A DNA stretch of 47,594 bases from assembly GCA_964581275.1 (NCBI GenBank), contig CAZOOE010000002.1, forward strand, positions 1-47,594, in the 5' to 3' direction. Below are positions 35,331-45,404 of the stretch, piece by piece. Below the pieces are notes generated by a model. That model worked only from the letters and a program-made list of their open reading frames with translations. It was not told where the DNA came from and did not search any database. The position numbers were made by a program, and so were the translations under genes. Numbering within the stretch: the stretch's first letter is position 1; each line of letters begins with the position of its first letter. Source of the DNA: an uncultured Clostridia bacterium. GTDB lineage: Bacteria > Acidobacteriota > Blastocatellia > UBA7656.

Positions 35331-38009
35331 TCACTCGCTGCGCAGCGCCAGCATCGGATCGATCGACGTTACGCGGCGCGCAGGAACAAAGCAGGCTGCT
35401 GCGGCGACTGCCATCAGCACCAACGCAACTGAGAGGAACGTGATCGGATCGGTCGCCTCCACCGCAAACAACAACGACGACATCAGCCGTCCAAGGAGCA
35501 GCGCTCCACCAAGACCAACCGACAAGCCCAGCACCACGAACGACATACCCTGTCGCATTACCATCCCGAGCACTTTCCCGGGCGTCGCGCCAAGAGCAAG
35601 CCGAACGCCGAGTTCGTGAGTTCGTTGGTTCACAGACAGCGCCATGACACCAGCGATTCCAGCCGCGGTTATCACGAGCGCGAGTCCTGCGAACATCGCC
35701 AGGAGAATGGCGGTCAATCGAGGCGAGGCCACCGCATCGCTGCGAACCTGCTCGAGGGTTTGAACCCGATCAACTGCCGTATCCGGATCAAACGCGTAAA
35801 CATCTTCGCGCATCAGCTTCGCTATGCTCATCGGATCGGCAGCGGTCCGAACGAGCAAGTTGTTGCCGAACTGTGCCTGAGCGACAGGGACATAGATCTC
35901 ATCAGTTGGGTCGCGATCCAACCCGTACTGTCTGACGTCACCCACTATACCGACTATGGTCAGCCATGTTTGACCACGGTCCAACGAAATGCGCCGGCCG
36001 ATCGGATCTTCATCGCCCCACCGGTGACGGGCGGTTGCTTGATTGATGACCGCTACCAGAGGTGCCTCGTCCTTATCGCCCTCTGAGAACGTGCGTCCCC
36101 GCACGAGCGGCTGGCGAACGGTCTCGAAATAGTCGGTGCTTGCGGTCCGCAAATCGCCCTGCGGCGCAAGCTCTCCTTGAGGGATCGGGTGGCCTTCGAT
36201 CTCAAAGCCCCGATTGAAAGGGCCGTTCGTGATTCCCAACTGGTTCAGCGGGAATGTTGAGCCTAACGCTGCCTGCAACACACCGGGCTCGGACCGGACC
36301 CTGTCGAGTATCCGAAGCAGAAGCGAGCGGGTTTCCTGCGGTGCGTTGTATTTGGACCAGTTTGGACTGATCCTCATCGCCAACACTCTCTCCGGATCAA
36401 AGCCAGGATTCACCTGCTGCAGCTTTATCAGGCTTCTGAGCATCAGCCCGGCCCAGATCAACAGAACGAACGAGACGCCCACCTGCGCGACGATCAAAAA
36501 GTTCCGCACACGCTGTCTCTTCAGCCCGGCGCTCGATCTACCGCTTCCTTCCTTGAGCGCGCCGCTCAAGTTTTGATCGGAGGCGAAGGCAGGCATCAAT
36601 CCGAATACCAGTCCGGTTGCGACGGAGATCAGCAGCGTGAACAGCAGTACCAGACCGTCGATTCTGATTTCAGCGGCCCGTGTCGTAAACCTGGCCGCGA
36701 AGCTTATGAGAAGTTGCAAACCTCCCGCGGCCAGCAGCAAGCCCAGCGCCCCGCCTCCTAGCGACAACAACGTGCTCTCCGTCAGCAACTGGCGAATGAG
36801 TCGTCCGCGTCCGGCGCCCAGGGCCGAGCGAATGGCCATCTCGCGTTCGCGGCGCATCAGTCTCGCGAGAGTAAGGTTCGCAACGTTGGCGCAGGCAATC
36901 AATAATACTAGCCCTGCGGTTCCCAGTAATATCAGAAAGGTTGGTTTGGCGCGGCGCGTCAACTCTTCTTGCAGCGAAATGACGCTGGCGGCGTAACCTC
37001 TGTTTGCCGGATATGAGTCCGGATACTGTTTCTGCAAGTTGCTGGCGAGCGTTGTCAAATCGGCCTGAGCCTGGGTGACCGGAAGGCCCGATTTCAGACG
37101 GCCGAACACGCTCATCATTCGAGAGTTTCGATCAGCCTTGAACTGCTCGGACGCGCGTGTCGGACACTGGGTAGTCGGCATGTACACGTCCTGTTCGACC
37201 GGGTACTGAGGTATCGGCGGCAGAACGCCGACCACCGTGTGCGGCCTGTTGTTCATCTGGAAAACTCTGCCCACGATGCCCGGATCGCCGCCATGGCTCT
37301 GCCGCCAGTACTCGTAGCTCAGTACGAGAACGGCATCGGACCCAGGTTCTTCATCGGCAGCCACAAATGTTCTTCCCAGGAGCGGTTTCACCCCAAGCAC
37401 ATCGAAGAAGTTCGCGGACACGACTCCGGTCTGGACGCGTTGCGCTTCCTTGCCGCCCAGAAGAGTGAAGCTCATCGAGTGATGCTCCACTACCGCGTCG
37501 AGGGTTTGGTTCTGCTCGCGGTAGTCCTGCACTTCTTTGACTGAGAACGGCACGTTGAGGACGTGAGCAAGCGGAGCTTGTTGTTGGACTATGACCAGCT
37601 GGTTTCCATCTTTGTAGGGCAGCGGTTTCATCAACACGCCATAAATCACGCTGAAGATCGCGGTGTTGGCTCCGATCCCAAGCCCCAGCGTCAATACGGC
37701 GACGATGGTGAATCCAGGATTGCGAAATAAGATCCGTACGCCGTAACGAACGTCCTGCAAGATCGACTCAGCAAGAGGGGCGCCGCGAACGTCGCGGCAT
37801 TCCTCCTTGAATTTTTCAACCCCGCCAAATCTCAGCAACGCCTCGCGACGTGCTTCCGGGAGGCTCATACCGCGCCTGACGTTTCCTTCAATCTCCATCT
37901 CCAGGTGGAAACGCAGTTCTCTATCCATGTCCTGCTCGTCCTTGTCCTTATGAAGAAGAGCGCGCACGTAGCTTGATAGTTTCCTGAACATCGACGCATC
38001 CTCCGGCAA
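35331..38009 (-). CDS. ADOP-family duplicated orphan permease (two MacB-like periplasmic domains plus FtsX permease modules)
   Basis: The N-terminal permease-prefix helix (DMDRELRFHLEMEIEGNVRRGMSLPEARREALLRFGGVEKFKEECRD) is followed by two TM-MacB_PCD-FtsX units. No ABC ATPase gene is adjacent. The start may instead be the second Met at 37991. Confidence 0.9.
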   Translation of the reverse strand: MPEDASMFRKLSSYVRALLHKDKDEQDMDRELRFHLEMEIEGNVRRGMSLPEARREALLRFGGVEKFKEECRDVRGAPLAESILQDVRYGVRILFRNPGFTIVAVLTLGLGIGANTAIFSVIYGVLMKPLPYKDGNQLVIVQQQAPLAHVLNVPFSVKEVQDYREQNQTLDAVVEHHSMSFTLLGGKEAQRVQTGVVSANFFDVLGVKPLLGRTFVAADEEPGSDAVLVLSYEYWRQSHGGDPGIVGRVFQMNNRPHTVVGVLPPIPQYPVEQDVYMPTTQCPTRASEQFKADRNSRMMSVFGRLKSGLPVTQAQADLTTLASNLQKQYPDSYPANRGYAASVISLQEELTRRAKPTFLILLGTAGLVLLIACANVANLTLARLMRREREMAIRSALGAGRGRLIRQLLTESTLLSLGGGALGLLLAAGGLQLLISFAARFTTRAAEIRIDGLVLLFTLLISVATGLVFGLMPAFASDQNLSGALKEGSGRSSAGLKRQRVRNFLIVAQVGVSFVLLIWAGLMLRSLIKLQQVNPGFDPERVLAMRISPNWSKYNAPQETRSLLLRILDRVRSEPGVLQAALGSTFPLNQLGITNGPFNRGFEIEGHPIPQGELAPQGDLRTASTDYFETVRQPLVRGRTFSEGDKDEAPLVAVINQATARHRWGDEDPIGRRISLDRGQTWLTIVGIVGDVRQYGLDRDPTDEIYVPVAQAQFGNNLLVRTAADPMSIAKLMREDVYAFDPDTAVDRVQTLEQVRSDAVASPRLTAILLAMFAGLALVITAAGIAGVMALSVNQRTHELGVRLALGATPGKVLGMVMRQGMSFVVLGLSVGLGGALLLGRLMSSLLFAVEATDPITFLSVALVLMAVAAAACFVPARRVTSIDPMLALRSE

Positions 38010-38077
38010 ACAGTTTCGACAAGGTGAAAGAGCGACGTCTGCGGCCGCCCCGTCTCACAAGCCTCTCTCAATTTCGC

Positions 38078-38407
38078 CTACGTAGTTTGCAAAATACGAT
38101 CAACGGCGGCCGAGAGCCTGGCCCAGTTCTCGGTCTCTTCGGTAAGTTGCTTCTTTCCCATTCGGGTCAACTCGTAGAACTTCGCCTGCCGGTTGTTCTC
38201 AGAGCTTCCCCACTCGGACTTGATGAGACCCTGCTGTTCCAGTCGGTAGAGCGCCGGGTAAAGCGAACCCTGGTTGATCACCAAAACATCTTCGGAAACC
38301 TGCTGTATTCGTTGCGAGATGCCCCAGCCGTGCATAGCCCCCAGAGCCAGGGTCTTCAGTATGAGCATATCCAGCGTGCCTTGTAGCAGGTCGGTTGGTT
38401 TAGCCAT
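38078..38407 (-). CDS. PadR-family transcriptional regulator
   Basis: Winged-helix signature: LDMLILKTLALGAMHGWGISQRIQQVSEDVLVINQGSLYPALYRLEQQGLIKSEW. An RBS (taggagg) lies upstream. It is immediately upstream of the ADOP permease. Confidence 0.9.
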   Translation of the reverse strand: MAKPTDLLQGTLDMLILKTLALGAMHGWGISQRIQQVSEDVLVINQGSLYPALYRLEQQGLIKSEWGSSENNRQAKFYELTRMGKKQLTEETENWARLSAAVDRILQTT

Positions 38408-38424
38408 TACAAGCCTCCTAGATC

Positions 38425-38461
38425 ATCTACAGGAGGGGATGATAGGGTCGTTCCTGTAGAT
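38425..38461. promoter_or_regulatory. Perfect 10-bp inverted repeat (atctacagga N17 tcctgtagat) just upstream of the padR RBS; candidate PadR operator
   Basis: Arms at 38425..38434 and 38452..38461. The element lies 18-54 nt upstream of the padR start codon, in the padR/S9-peptidase divergent region. Confidence 0.4.
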
Positions 38462-38618
38462 TGTCAAGGGGAAGGGATGGTCTGTTTGGGTAGCCGCCAG
38501 TGCGAACGGCCAGGCACCTCGCTAGAGGTGGAATGTTTGTAGACCCTGGTGCTCTCTTGAGCGGCTGGACGGCAAATTCAAACTGCATTATTGTCTCCAG
38601 ACACAAGGAGCGACTCTC

Positions 38619-41603
38619 ATGAATAGGATCCTATGGCGCCGCGCAACCCGCATCGCGGTCTGGAAAAAGCTGACAACACTTTGCCTGCTTGCTCTTCTGG
38701 GTTCCGCTTCAAGCTACGCGCAGCAAGGTGCGGCGAAGCGTCCGTTGACCCATAGCGACTACGATAGTTGGCGAGCGATTCAAGGGCAGTCACTATCACG
38801 CGATGGAAAGTTTGTTGGCTATGCGCTGGTGCCCCAGGATGGCGACGGCGAGGTGGTCGTGCGCAATCTCGCGACGGGGACCGATTGGCGCGCGCCGCGG
38901 GGCGCCGCGCCGGTGAACCCTCCACAACGGTCGCAGGAGGCGGAACCTGGTCCCGGTCCAGGCGCTGGATTTGGTCAGGCACCCTTCCCCGGCAGGCCGT
39001 TTTTCACCGCTGACAGTCGCTTCGCTGTGTTCCAGACTCTGCCAACGAAAGCTGAGACTGAAAAAGCCAGGAAGGAAAAGAAGAAGCCGGAGGAGATGCC
39101 CAAGACCGGGTTGGGTATTATGGATCTCAGCTCGGGTGAGGTCACTCGCATTGAGCGAGTGAAGAGCTTCCAGGTTCCCGAGGATGGCGCCGGCTTTATT
39201 GCTTACTCGCTCGAGGCGACGGTTGAAGAAAGTAGACCCGAAGACCGCAGAGCCGACGCCGCGCCCGCCCCTCCGGCGGCTAGAGGACGAAGGGACCCAA
39301 AGAAGAAAGAGTACGGCACCGACCTCGTGCTCCGGAACACGTCGGACAAGAGCGAACGCGTTTTCGCCGATGTGCTCGATTACACCCTGAGCAAGGATGC
39401 AAAGAGCCTGGTCTTCGCGGTGGCATCGAAGAAAGAAGAGGCCAACGGGGCGTACGCCGCCGCGACTGGTTCGGCTGATGCGCCGGTTGCGTTGCTCACA
39501 GGCAAAGGCAAATACACAAAGCTCACCTGGGATGAGAGCCAAACGCAACTCGCGCTTCTAAGCGACCGTGACGATGCCGCGTCTGCTCAGCCTCGATACA
39601 AGCTGTATCGTTGGGACCGAAAGACCGGCGCGGCAACCGAGCTTGTTTCAACCTCGACTCCGAACTTCAGACGGGGTTATGTCATCAGCGACAAGGGCGC
39701 GATCAACTTCTCTATCGATGGAAGCAAGATCTTCTTCGGTGTTGCGCCGCCCTCGGAATTGGAAAAGGATGAAAGTGAAGATTCGGGGACATCCGATGAC
39801 AACAAGGTCTCGGTTGATTTGTGGCACTGGAAGGACGACTACATCCAGCCGATGCAAAAGGTCCGCGCTGAACAAGACAGAAATCGTTCTTATCGCGCCG
39901 TGTTTCACATCGCAGACAAGAAGTACGCTCAGTTGGGCGATGAGACCATGCAGGGAGTCAGTCCGTCGAGTGACGGGCGATGGGCCATGGGCTCCGATGA
40001 TCGGCCGTACCGAATTCTGGTCGGATACGACGACGAGGCGAACTCGGCGGACGTGTCACTCGTCAACACCAGCGATGGCAGCCGTAAGCCCATTATGAAA
40101 AAGCACGCGAGGGGATTTACCTGGTCGCCGGGAGGGCGATTTGCGCTGTTCTACGACGGCAAGGACTGGAACACGCTTTCTATTCCTGACTCCAGGGTCG
40201 TCAACCTGACTCGTAACCTGCGAGTGAGTTTCTGGCGCGAGGACCACGACTCGCCCAGTACTCCCCCGGCCTACGGCAGCGCGGGCTGGACATCCGATGA
40301 CAAGTACGTGCTCCTCTATGACCAATATGACATCTGGCAAATTGCGCCCGACGGCTCCAACGCGAAAAACCTCACCGATGGAGTCGGTCGAAAAGAGAAG
40401 ATCCAGTTCCGCTACTCGAGGCTCGATCCGCAAGAGAAAGGCATCGATCCGTCAAAGCCGTTATTGTTGAGGGCCGAGAACGAATGGACTCGAGAATCCG
40501 GCTTCTATCGAGATAGGGTCGATGGCGGAATGCCTGAGAAGTTGATCATGGCGGCGAAGAGTTTTAATGCGCCGTCGAAGGCAAAAGACGCTGATGTATA
40601 CTTGCTCGCCGCGTCAACCTTCAGTGAGTTTCCGGATTTACTGGTCACGTCGTCTGCTTTCAAGGACCTCAAGAAAGTCAGCAACGCGAATCCGCAAAAG
40701 GCCCAGTTGTTGTGGGGCAATTCGGAGCTGGTGAGATTCAAGAACTCCGACGGCGTCCCGCTTTCGGCGATGCTGATCAAGCCTGAGAACTTCGACCCGA
40801 GCAAGAAGTACCCAATGATCGTGTACATCTACGAGACTTTGTCCGAGAACGTGCATCGCTTTGTCGATCCGCGTCCCGGTCACAGCATCAACCCCTCGTT
40901 CTATGCCAGCAACGGGTATCTAATACTCGAGCCGGACATCGTATACACGATTGGCCATCCTGGACAGAGCGCGCTGAAGTGCGTGCTCCCGGCGATTCAA
41001 TCGGTTGTCGACAAGGGCTACGTGGACGAAAAGGCGATCGGCATCCAGGGACACAGTTGGGGCGGCTATCAGATCGCGTATATGATCACCCAGACGACTC
41101 GTTTCAAAGCGGCCTCAGCCGGAGCACCGGTGGCCAACATGACCAGTGCATACAGCGGAATCCGGTGGGGCACCGGGCTGCCGCGGCAGTTTCAGTACGA
41201 ACACACCCAGAGCCGCATCGGTGGAAACTTGTGGGAGGCGCCGATGCTTTACCTCGAGAACTCTCCAGTGTTTAGAGCTGACCGGATTCAAACTCCGTTG
41301 CTGATGATTCACAACGACGCGGACGACGCCGTGCCGTGGTATCAAGGCATTGAATACTATCTGGCGTTGCGGCGCCTTGGGAAAGAAGTTTACCTGTTCA
41401 GCTACAACGGTGAGCCTCACGGTTTGCGCAAGCGGCAGAATCAGAAGGACTACACGATGCGGTTGCAGCAGTTCTTCGATTACTTTTTGAAAGGGGCCAC
41501 AAAACCGGAGTGGATGGAGAAGGGGATACCGTACCTCCAGAAGGACAAGGAGAAGGAGAAATACAAGGCGACGGCGGACATGAAAGAGAAGGCAGGGCAG
41601 TGA
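38619..41603 (+). CDS. S9-family serine peptidase (prolyl oligopeptidase / dipeptidyl-peptidase type) with a long N-terminal beta-propeller region
   Basis: Signal peptide. The C-terminal alpha/beta-hydrolase domain has the nucleophile elbow GIQGHSWGGYQ, plus HNDADDAVP (Asp) and GEPHGL (His). An RBS (aaggag) lies upstream. Confidence 0.9.
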   Translation: MNRILWRRATRIAVWKKLTTLCLLALLGSASSYAQQGAAKRPLTHSDYDSWRAIQGQSLSRDGKFVGYALVPQDGDGEVVVRNLATGTDWRAPRGAAPVNPPQRSQEAEPGPGPGAGFGQAPFPGRPFFTADSRFAVFQTLPTKAETEKARKEKKKPEEMPKTGLGIMDLSSGEVTRIERVKSFQVPEDGAGFIAYSLEATVEESRPEDRRADAAPAPPAARGRRDPKKKEYGTDLVLRNTSDKSERVFADVLDYTLSKDAKSLVFAVASKKEEANGAYAAATGSADAPVALLTGKGKYTKLTWDESQTQLALLSDRDDAASAQPRYKLYRWDRKTGAATELVSTSTPNFRRGYVISDKGAINFSIDGSKIFFGVAPPSELEKDESEDSGTSDDNKVSVDLWHWKDDYIQPMQKVRAEQDRNRSYRAVFHIADKKYAQLGDETMQGVSPSSDGRWAMGSDDRPYRILVGYDDEANSADVSLVNTSDGSRKPIMKKHARGFTWSPGGRFALFYDGKDWNTLSIPDSRVVNLTRNLRVSFWREDHDSPSTPPAYGSAGWTSDDKYVLLYDQYDIWQIAPDGSNAKNLTDGVGRKEKIQFRYSRLDPQEKGIDPSKPLLLRAENEWTRESGFYRDRVDGGMPEKLIMAAKSFNAPSKAKDADVYLLAASTFSEFPDLLVTSSAFKDLKKVSNANPQKAQLLWGNSELVRFKNSDGVPLSAMLIKPENFDPSKKYPMIVYIYETLSENVHRFVDPRPGHSINPSFYASNGYLILEPDIVYTIGHPGQSALKCVLPAIQSVVDKGYVDEKAIGIQGHSWGGYQIAYMITQTTRFKAASAGAPVANMTSAYSGIRWGTGLPRQFQYEHTQSRIGGNLWEAPMLYLENSPVFRADRIQTPLLMIHNDADDAVPWYQGIEYYLALRRLGKEVYLFSYNGEPHGLRKRQNQKDYTMRLQQFFDYFLKGATKPEWMEKGIPYLQKDKEKEKYKATADMKEKAGQ

Positions 41604-41628
41604 CGGCCTAAAGCGATGAAATCGCGCG

Positions 41629-41711
41629 ATGTCCGACAACTTCAGTTTGTCGAGGCCCGGATGTGAGCGCTTGTGAGTCAACGACAAACCGAAGTTTGTC
41701 GGACATTTTTT
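41629..41711 (+). terminator. Long-stem hairpin plus T-tract after the S9 peptidase gene
   Basis: The arms atgtccgacaacttcagtttgtcg (41629..41652) and cgacaaaccgaagtttgtcggacat (41682..41706) are complementary apart from 1 mismatch and 1 indel. They are followed by tttttt. Confidence 0.65.
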
Positions 41712-41724
41712 GAGGAGATCACAG

Positions 41725-42363
41725 ATGGACAGTTTCATCGAGCAAGCAGTCGAGCAATTCGCTTACGATCACACCAAACCTGAATCAGATCTGTTTCGCC
41801 GGCTGCGCGACGAGACCTATGCGGAAATGCGGTCGCCGCAGATGCAGGTCGGGCGCATCGAAGGAAGGTTTCTGAAAATGCTGGTTCGGCTGACCGGCGC
41901 GCGGCGAATCCTTGAGATCGGCATGTTCACCGGCTACAGCGCGCTGATGATGGCCGAAGGGCTTCCCGATGACGGACACCTGATCACCTGCGACGTCGAT
42001 CCGAAGGCCGAGGCCGTTGCGCGACGCTACTTCAGCGAGAGCCCCGACCGACACAAAATCGAGATTCGAATGGGACCGGCGCTCGATACGATAAGAACGC
42101 TCAAGGGCCCAATCGACATGGTCTTCATCGATGCGGACAAAACGAATTACTCAAACTACTATGAGGCGTGTTTTCCTCTGGTGAGGCCGGGCGGACTTAT
42201 CGTCGCCGACAATGTTCTATGGAGCGGCAGGGTGCTTGACCCTCACAGTGACGATGATCACGCAATCGTGGCGTTCGATAGGTTGGTTCAATCTGATCCG
42301 CGGGTTGAGAATGTCTGCCTGACCGTACGCGACGGTATGATGCTGGCGTGGAAACGTCCGTAG
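41725..42363 (+). CDS. Class I SAM-dependent O-methyltransferase (caffeoyl-CoA OMT-like, Methyltransf_3)
   Basis: Motifs seen: ILEIGMFTGYSALMMAE (motif I), VFIDADKTNY, GGLIVADNVLWSG. The ATG at 41725 is preceded by gaggag. Confidence 0.85.
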   Translation: MDSFIEQAVEQFAYDHTKPESDLFRRLRDETYAEMRSPQMQVGRIEGRFLKMLVRLTGARRILEIGMFTGYSALMMAEGLPDDGHLITCDVDPKAEAVARRYFSESPDRHKIEIRMGPALDTIRTLKGPIDMVFIDADKTNYSNYYEACFPLVRPGGLIVADNVLWSGRVLDPHSDDDHAIVAFDRLVQSDPRVENVCLTVRDGMMLAWKRP

Positions 42364-42606
42364 TGTTAGCACACTAGGTACGTCGAATCTATTTTGAGCC
42401 AGGAAGGCTTTGGAATTTCATCGCAACCCAGGCCGATTGATTCGCAAAAAACGGCTTCAGGAAACACTCTGTTCGGTCATTTAGTCGTAACCAGGTAGCA
42501 CTCTGCGACGTCTTGGTCCACAGCGGAAATTTCATCAGGTTCTATCAGCAGTCAGTTGTAAGTCTCCGCGAACAATTCCCATTGCAGCCTAAGGAGAGAG
42601 TTGAAT

Positions 42607-43113
42607 ATGAAGAGGTCTCTAGTATTTCTGAGTTTCTGTTGCGTATTGATGGTTGGCTTTTGGTCGGTAAGCGCTGCGGGCACTAATTTCGGCGGCACGT
42701 GGTCGCTGGACAAGAGCAAGAGCGAAGGTCTGCAGGGCCCTATGGCCAGCATGGACCAGACGTGGGTTGTCACCCAGGATGCAAAAACCTTCACCGTGGA
42801 AGCGAGCTATTCGGGCGGCGATCAGCCGAGACCGCCCCAAAAGAGAACCTACAACCTCGACGGCAGCGAAACCACCATGGACGTTACCGGACGGATGCCG
42901 GGAAAAGCTACGCTAACGGCGAAGTGGCAGGGCGATGGCAAGATCCTGGAGTTGAACTCGGTGACCAAGGCGAACGTTCAAGGCAACGACATCACCATAA
43001 CCAGCACCGAGCATTGGGAGCTGGCAGACGGCGGGAAGACGCTCAAGGTTCATCGCGTCTCCGAAAGCCCGCGCGGAAAGCAGGAAACATCGCTTGTCTT
43101 TGCTAAGAAGTAG
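42607..43113 (+). CDS. Small secreted hypothetical protein (beta-rich, lipocalin-like guess)
   Basis: Signal peptide MKRSLVFLSFCCVLMVGFWSVSAAG. An RBS (aaggagag) lies upstream of the ATG at 42607. No recognisable catalytic motif. Confidence 0.6.
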   Translation: MKRSLVFLSFCCVLMVGFWSVSAAGTNFGGTWSLDKSKSEGLQGPMASMDQTWVVTQDAKTFTVEASYSGGDQPRPPQKRTYNLDGSETTMDVTGRMPGKATLTAKWQGDGKILELNSVTKANVQGNDITITSTEHWELADGGKTLKVHRVSESPRGKQETSLVFAKK

Positions 43114-43136
43114 CTTCCGGGGACGCATACTCGTCG

Positions 43137-43925
43137 CTACTCTGCTTTCGACTTGTGCGTACTAAAACTCGCTTGAAGCCTTCTCATGCCGCGAAGCCAC
43201 CGATCGTAGTCGGTGGCTTTGCGGCTGAAGTATTCCGCTACCTCTGGGTGCGGCAACACCAGGAATCGCTCTTCGTCTATTGCCTTCACGACGGCATCGG
43301 CGACATCTGATGGCTCAAGGGCGTTAGCTCGCAGAAACTCGCCCGGCCCGCCCGCCGACCGTCTCAACAGATCCGTGTTCACACCTTGAGGACACAAGCA
43401 CGAAACCTTTATACCGGCGTCGCCGTGAGTTATGGACAGCCACTCCGCAAACGCGACCGCCGCGTGCTTGGTCACCGAGTACGGAGCAGAGCCGATCTGA
43501 GTCAGCAGTCCTGCGGCAGACGCTGTCGCCAGGATGTACCCTTCGCCTCGCGCGAGCATGCCGGGCAAAACATGACGCGCAGCATAAATGTGAGCCATAA
43601 CGTTCACTTCCCATATCTGCCGCCACATCTCGTTAGGCTCGTCGGCGCCGCCTGGAGTGCCGATGCCGGCGTTAGAGCAGAAAAGATCGATCGCACCATA
43701 AGCTTCGGTCGCCCGCGCTATGAGGTTGACAATGTCAGCTTCCACCCCGACGTTGGTTTTGATCGCGAGGCCCCCAATTCGTTTTGCGAGTGCTTCTGCG
43801 CCCACGGTGTCCTGGTCCGCGACGACAACGCCGCGCGCTCCTTCCGCGGCAAAGCGTTCGCAAAGCGCTCGCCCGATACCGTTGGCTCCACCGGTCACCA
43901 CTACGACTTTGTCTTTGAGTTTCAT
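43137..43925 (-). CDS. SDR-family oxidoreductase
   Basis: Motifs seen: [24 protein letters not shown] (YxxxK). It lies 12 nt downstream of the acyl-CoA dehydrogenase gene on the same strand. Confidence 0.9.
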   Translation of the reverse strand: MKLKDKVVVVTGGANGIGRALCERFAAEGARGVVVADQDTVGAEALAKRIGGLAIKTNVGVEADIVNLIARATEAYGAIDLFCSNAGIGTPGGADEPNEMWRQIWEVNVMAHIYAARHVLPGMLARGEGYILATASAAGLLTQIGSAPYSVTKHAAVAFAEWLSITHGDAGIKVSCLCPQGVNTDLLRRSAGGPGEFLRANALEPSDVADAVVKAIDEERFLVLPHPEVAEYFSRKATDYDRWLRGMRRLQASFSTHKSKAE

Positions 43926-43937
43926 GACATCCGTGGT

Positions 43938-45140
43938 CTATTCGTATTTCTTCAACTCGAGCTTGGCGACCGCCTCGCGATGAACCTCATCCGGCCCGTC
44001 GGCCAATCGCAAAGTTCGAGCCCCGGCCCATGCCGCCGCGAGCTCGAACTCCTGAGATACGCCGCCGCCGCCGCAGGCCTGAATCGCGCGGTCAATGATT
44101 CGCAAAGCCATACTGGGCGCGATGACTTTTATCATCGCAATCTCGGCGCGCGCGGCCTTGTTGCCGACGGTGTCCATCATATAAGCTGCCTTCAGGGTGA
44201 GCAGCCGTGACTGTTCGATCTCGATTCGCGAATTGGCAATGTCGGCGCGAATCGTTCCCTGCTCTGCGATCGGCTTTCCAAACGCAACCCGCGAGCGGAC
44301 GCGCTTGCACATCGTTTCGAGTGCGCGCTCCGCTAACCCAACCAGCCTCATGCAATGATGTATGCGTCCCGGGCCAAGCCGACCTTGAGCGATCTCGAAT
44401 CCGCGACCCTCACCCAACAGGATGTTTGAAGCAGGGACGCGGACGTTCTCATAGACAACTTCGGCGTGCCCGTGCGGCGCGTGATCATAGCCGAACACTG
44501 TGAGCATGCGCTTGATCTTCACGCCCGGCGTGTCCGTGGGAACGAGGATCATCGACTGCTGCTTGTGAAGCGGCGCCGAGGGATCGGTCTTGCCCATGAA
44601 AATCGAGATCTTGCAGCGGGGATCGCCGGCGCCTGAGCTCCACCACTTGTGTCCGTTGATTACGTAGTCGTCGCCGTCACGAACGATGCTCGATTGAATG
44701 TTGGTCGCATCCGACGACGCGACCGCCGGTTCGGTCATCGCAAAACACGAGCGAATCACACCGTTGAGAAGCGGCTTTAACCATCGCTCCCTCTGCTCTT
44801 CGCTGCCGTAGCGGGCGAGGACCTCCATGTTTCCGGTGTCGGGCGCCGAGCAGTTGAACACTTCTGGCGCCATCGGCGAGCGGCCCATGATCTCGCACAA
44901 CGGCGCATACTCGAGATTCGACAGACCCTCGCCGTAAGGGTTCTCGGGCAGGAACAGATTCCAGAGACCGGCGGCCCGGGCCTTCGGCTTGAGCTGCTCG
45001 ATGATTGCAGTCGGTTGCCACCTGTCCCCGTCATCGATCTGTTGATGGAAGACCTTCTCGTTTGGATACACGTACTCGTCCATGAATTCGAGAAGCCGCT
45101 TCTGGAGGGCTTTGACTTTGTCTGTGTATTCGAAGTGCAT
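43938..45140 (-). CDS. Acyl-CoA dehydrogenase (FadE2 / ACAD10-11-like)
   Basis: Segments seen: [28 protein letters not shown]..., [30 protein letters not shown], and the C-terminal region GGGGVS...DGPDEVH. The ATG at 45140 is preceded by aaggaa; the track ORF extends it to 45242. Confidence 0.9.
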   Translation of the reverse strand: MHFEYTDKVKALQKRLLEFMDEYVYPNEKVFHQQIDDGDRWQPTAIIEQLKPKARAAGLWNLFLPENPYGEGLSNLEYAPLCEIMGRSPMAPEVFNCSAPDTGNMEVLARYGSEEQRERWLKPLLNGVIRSCFAMTEPAVASSDATNIQSSIVRDGDDYVINGHKWWSSGAGDPRCKISIFMGKTDPSAPLHKQQSMILVPTDTPGVKIKRMLTVFGYDHAPHGHAEVVYENVRVPASNILLGEGRGFEIAQGRLGPGRIHHCMRLVGLAERALETMCKRVRSRVAFGKPIAEQGTIRADIANSRIEIEQSRLLTLKAAYMMDTVGNKAARAEIAMIKVIAPSMALRIIDRAIQACGGGGVSQEFELAAAWAGARTLRLADGPDEVHREAVAKLELKKYE

Positions 45141-45259
45141 ACGGATTCCTTTCTCTATGAGCGAGAGGCCATCACGATAGTTGATGAATGCCGGGAGTTC
45201 AACCTTGCGAGCTCGCCTTTGAAGTGCGCCGCCATTTATCACAGATTGTGCTACATCTC

Positions 45260-45332
45260 ATCGGCGGCGCTTTGGATTGTTACTCGAAGGCTCGCTTCAG
45301 CCTCACCCCGCCGAATGCAAAGCGCCGCCGAT
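45260..45332. repeat. Perfect 15-bp inverted repeat (atcggcggcgctttg ... caaagcgccgccgat) in the intergenic region downstream of the oxidoreductase gene
   Basis: Arms at 45260..45274 and 45318..45332. The right arm is nested in a second small palindrome (atgcaa...ttgcat). Confidence 0.6.
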
Positions 45333-45404
45333 TGCATGTCGAACGAGGCTCACGAACGAGGGCGGCGCACTCCAAAAGCGAGCTCTGTAAGGGTTACTCT
45401 AAAG

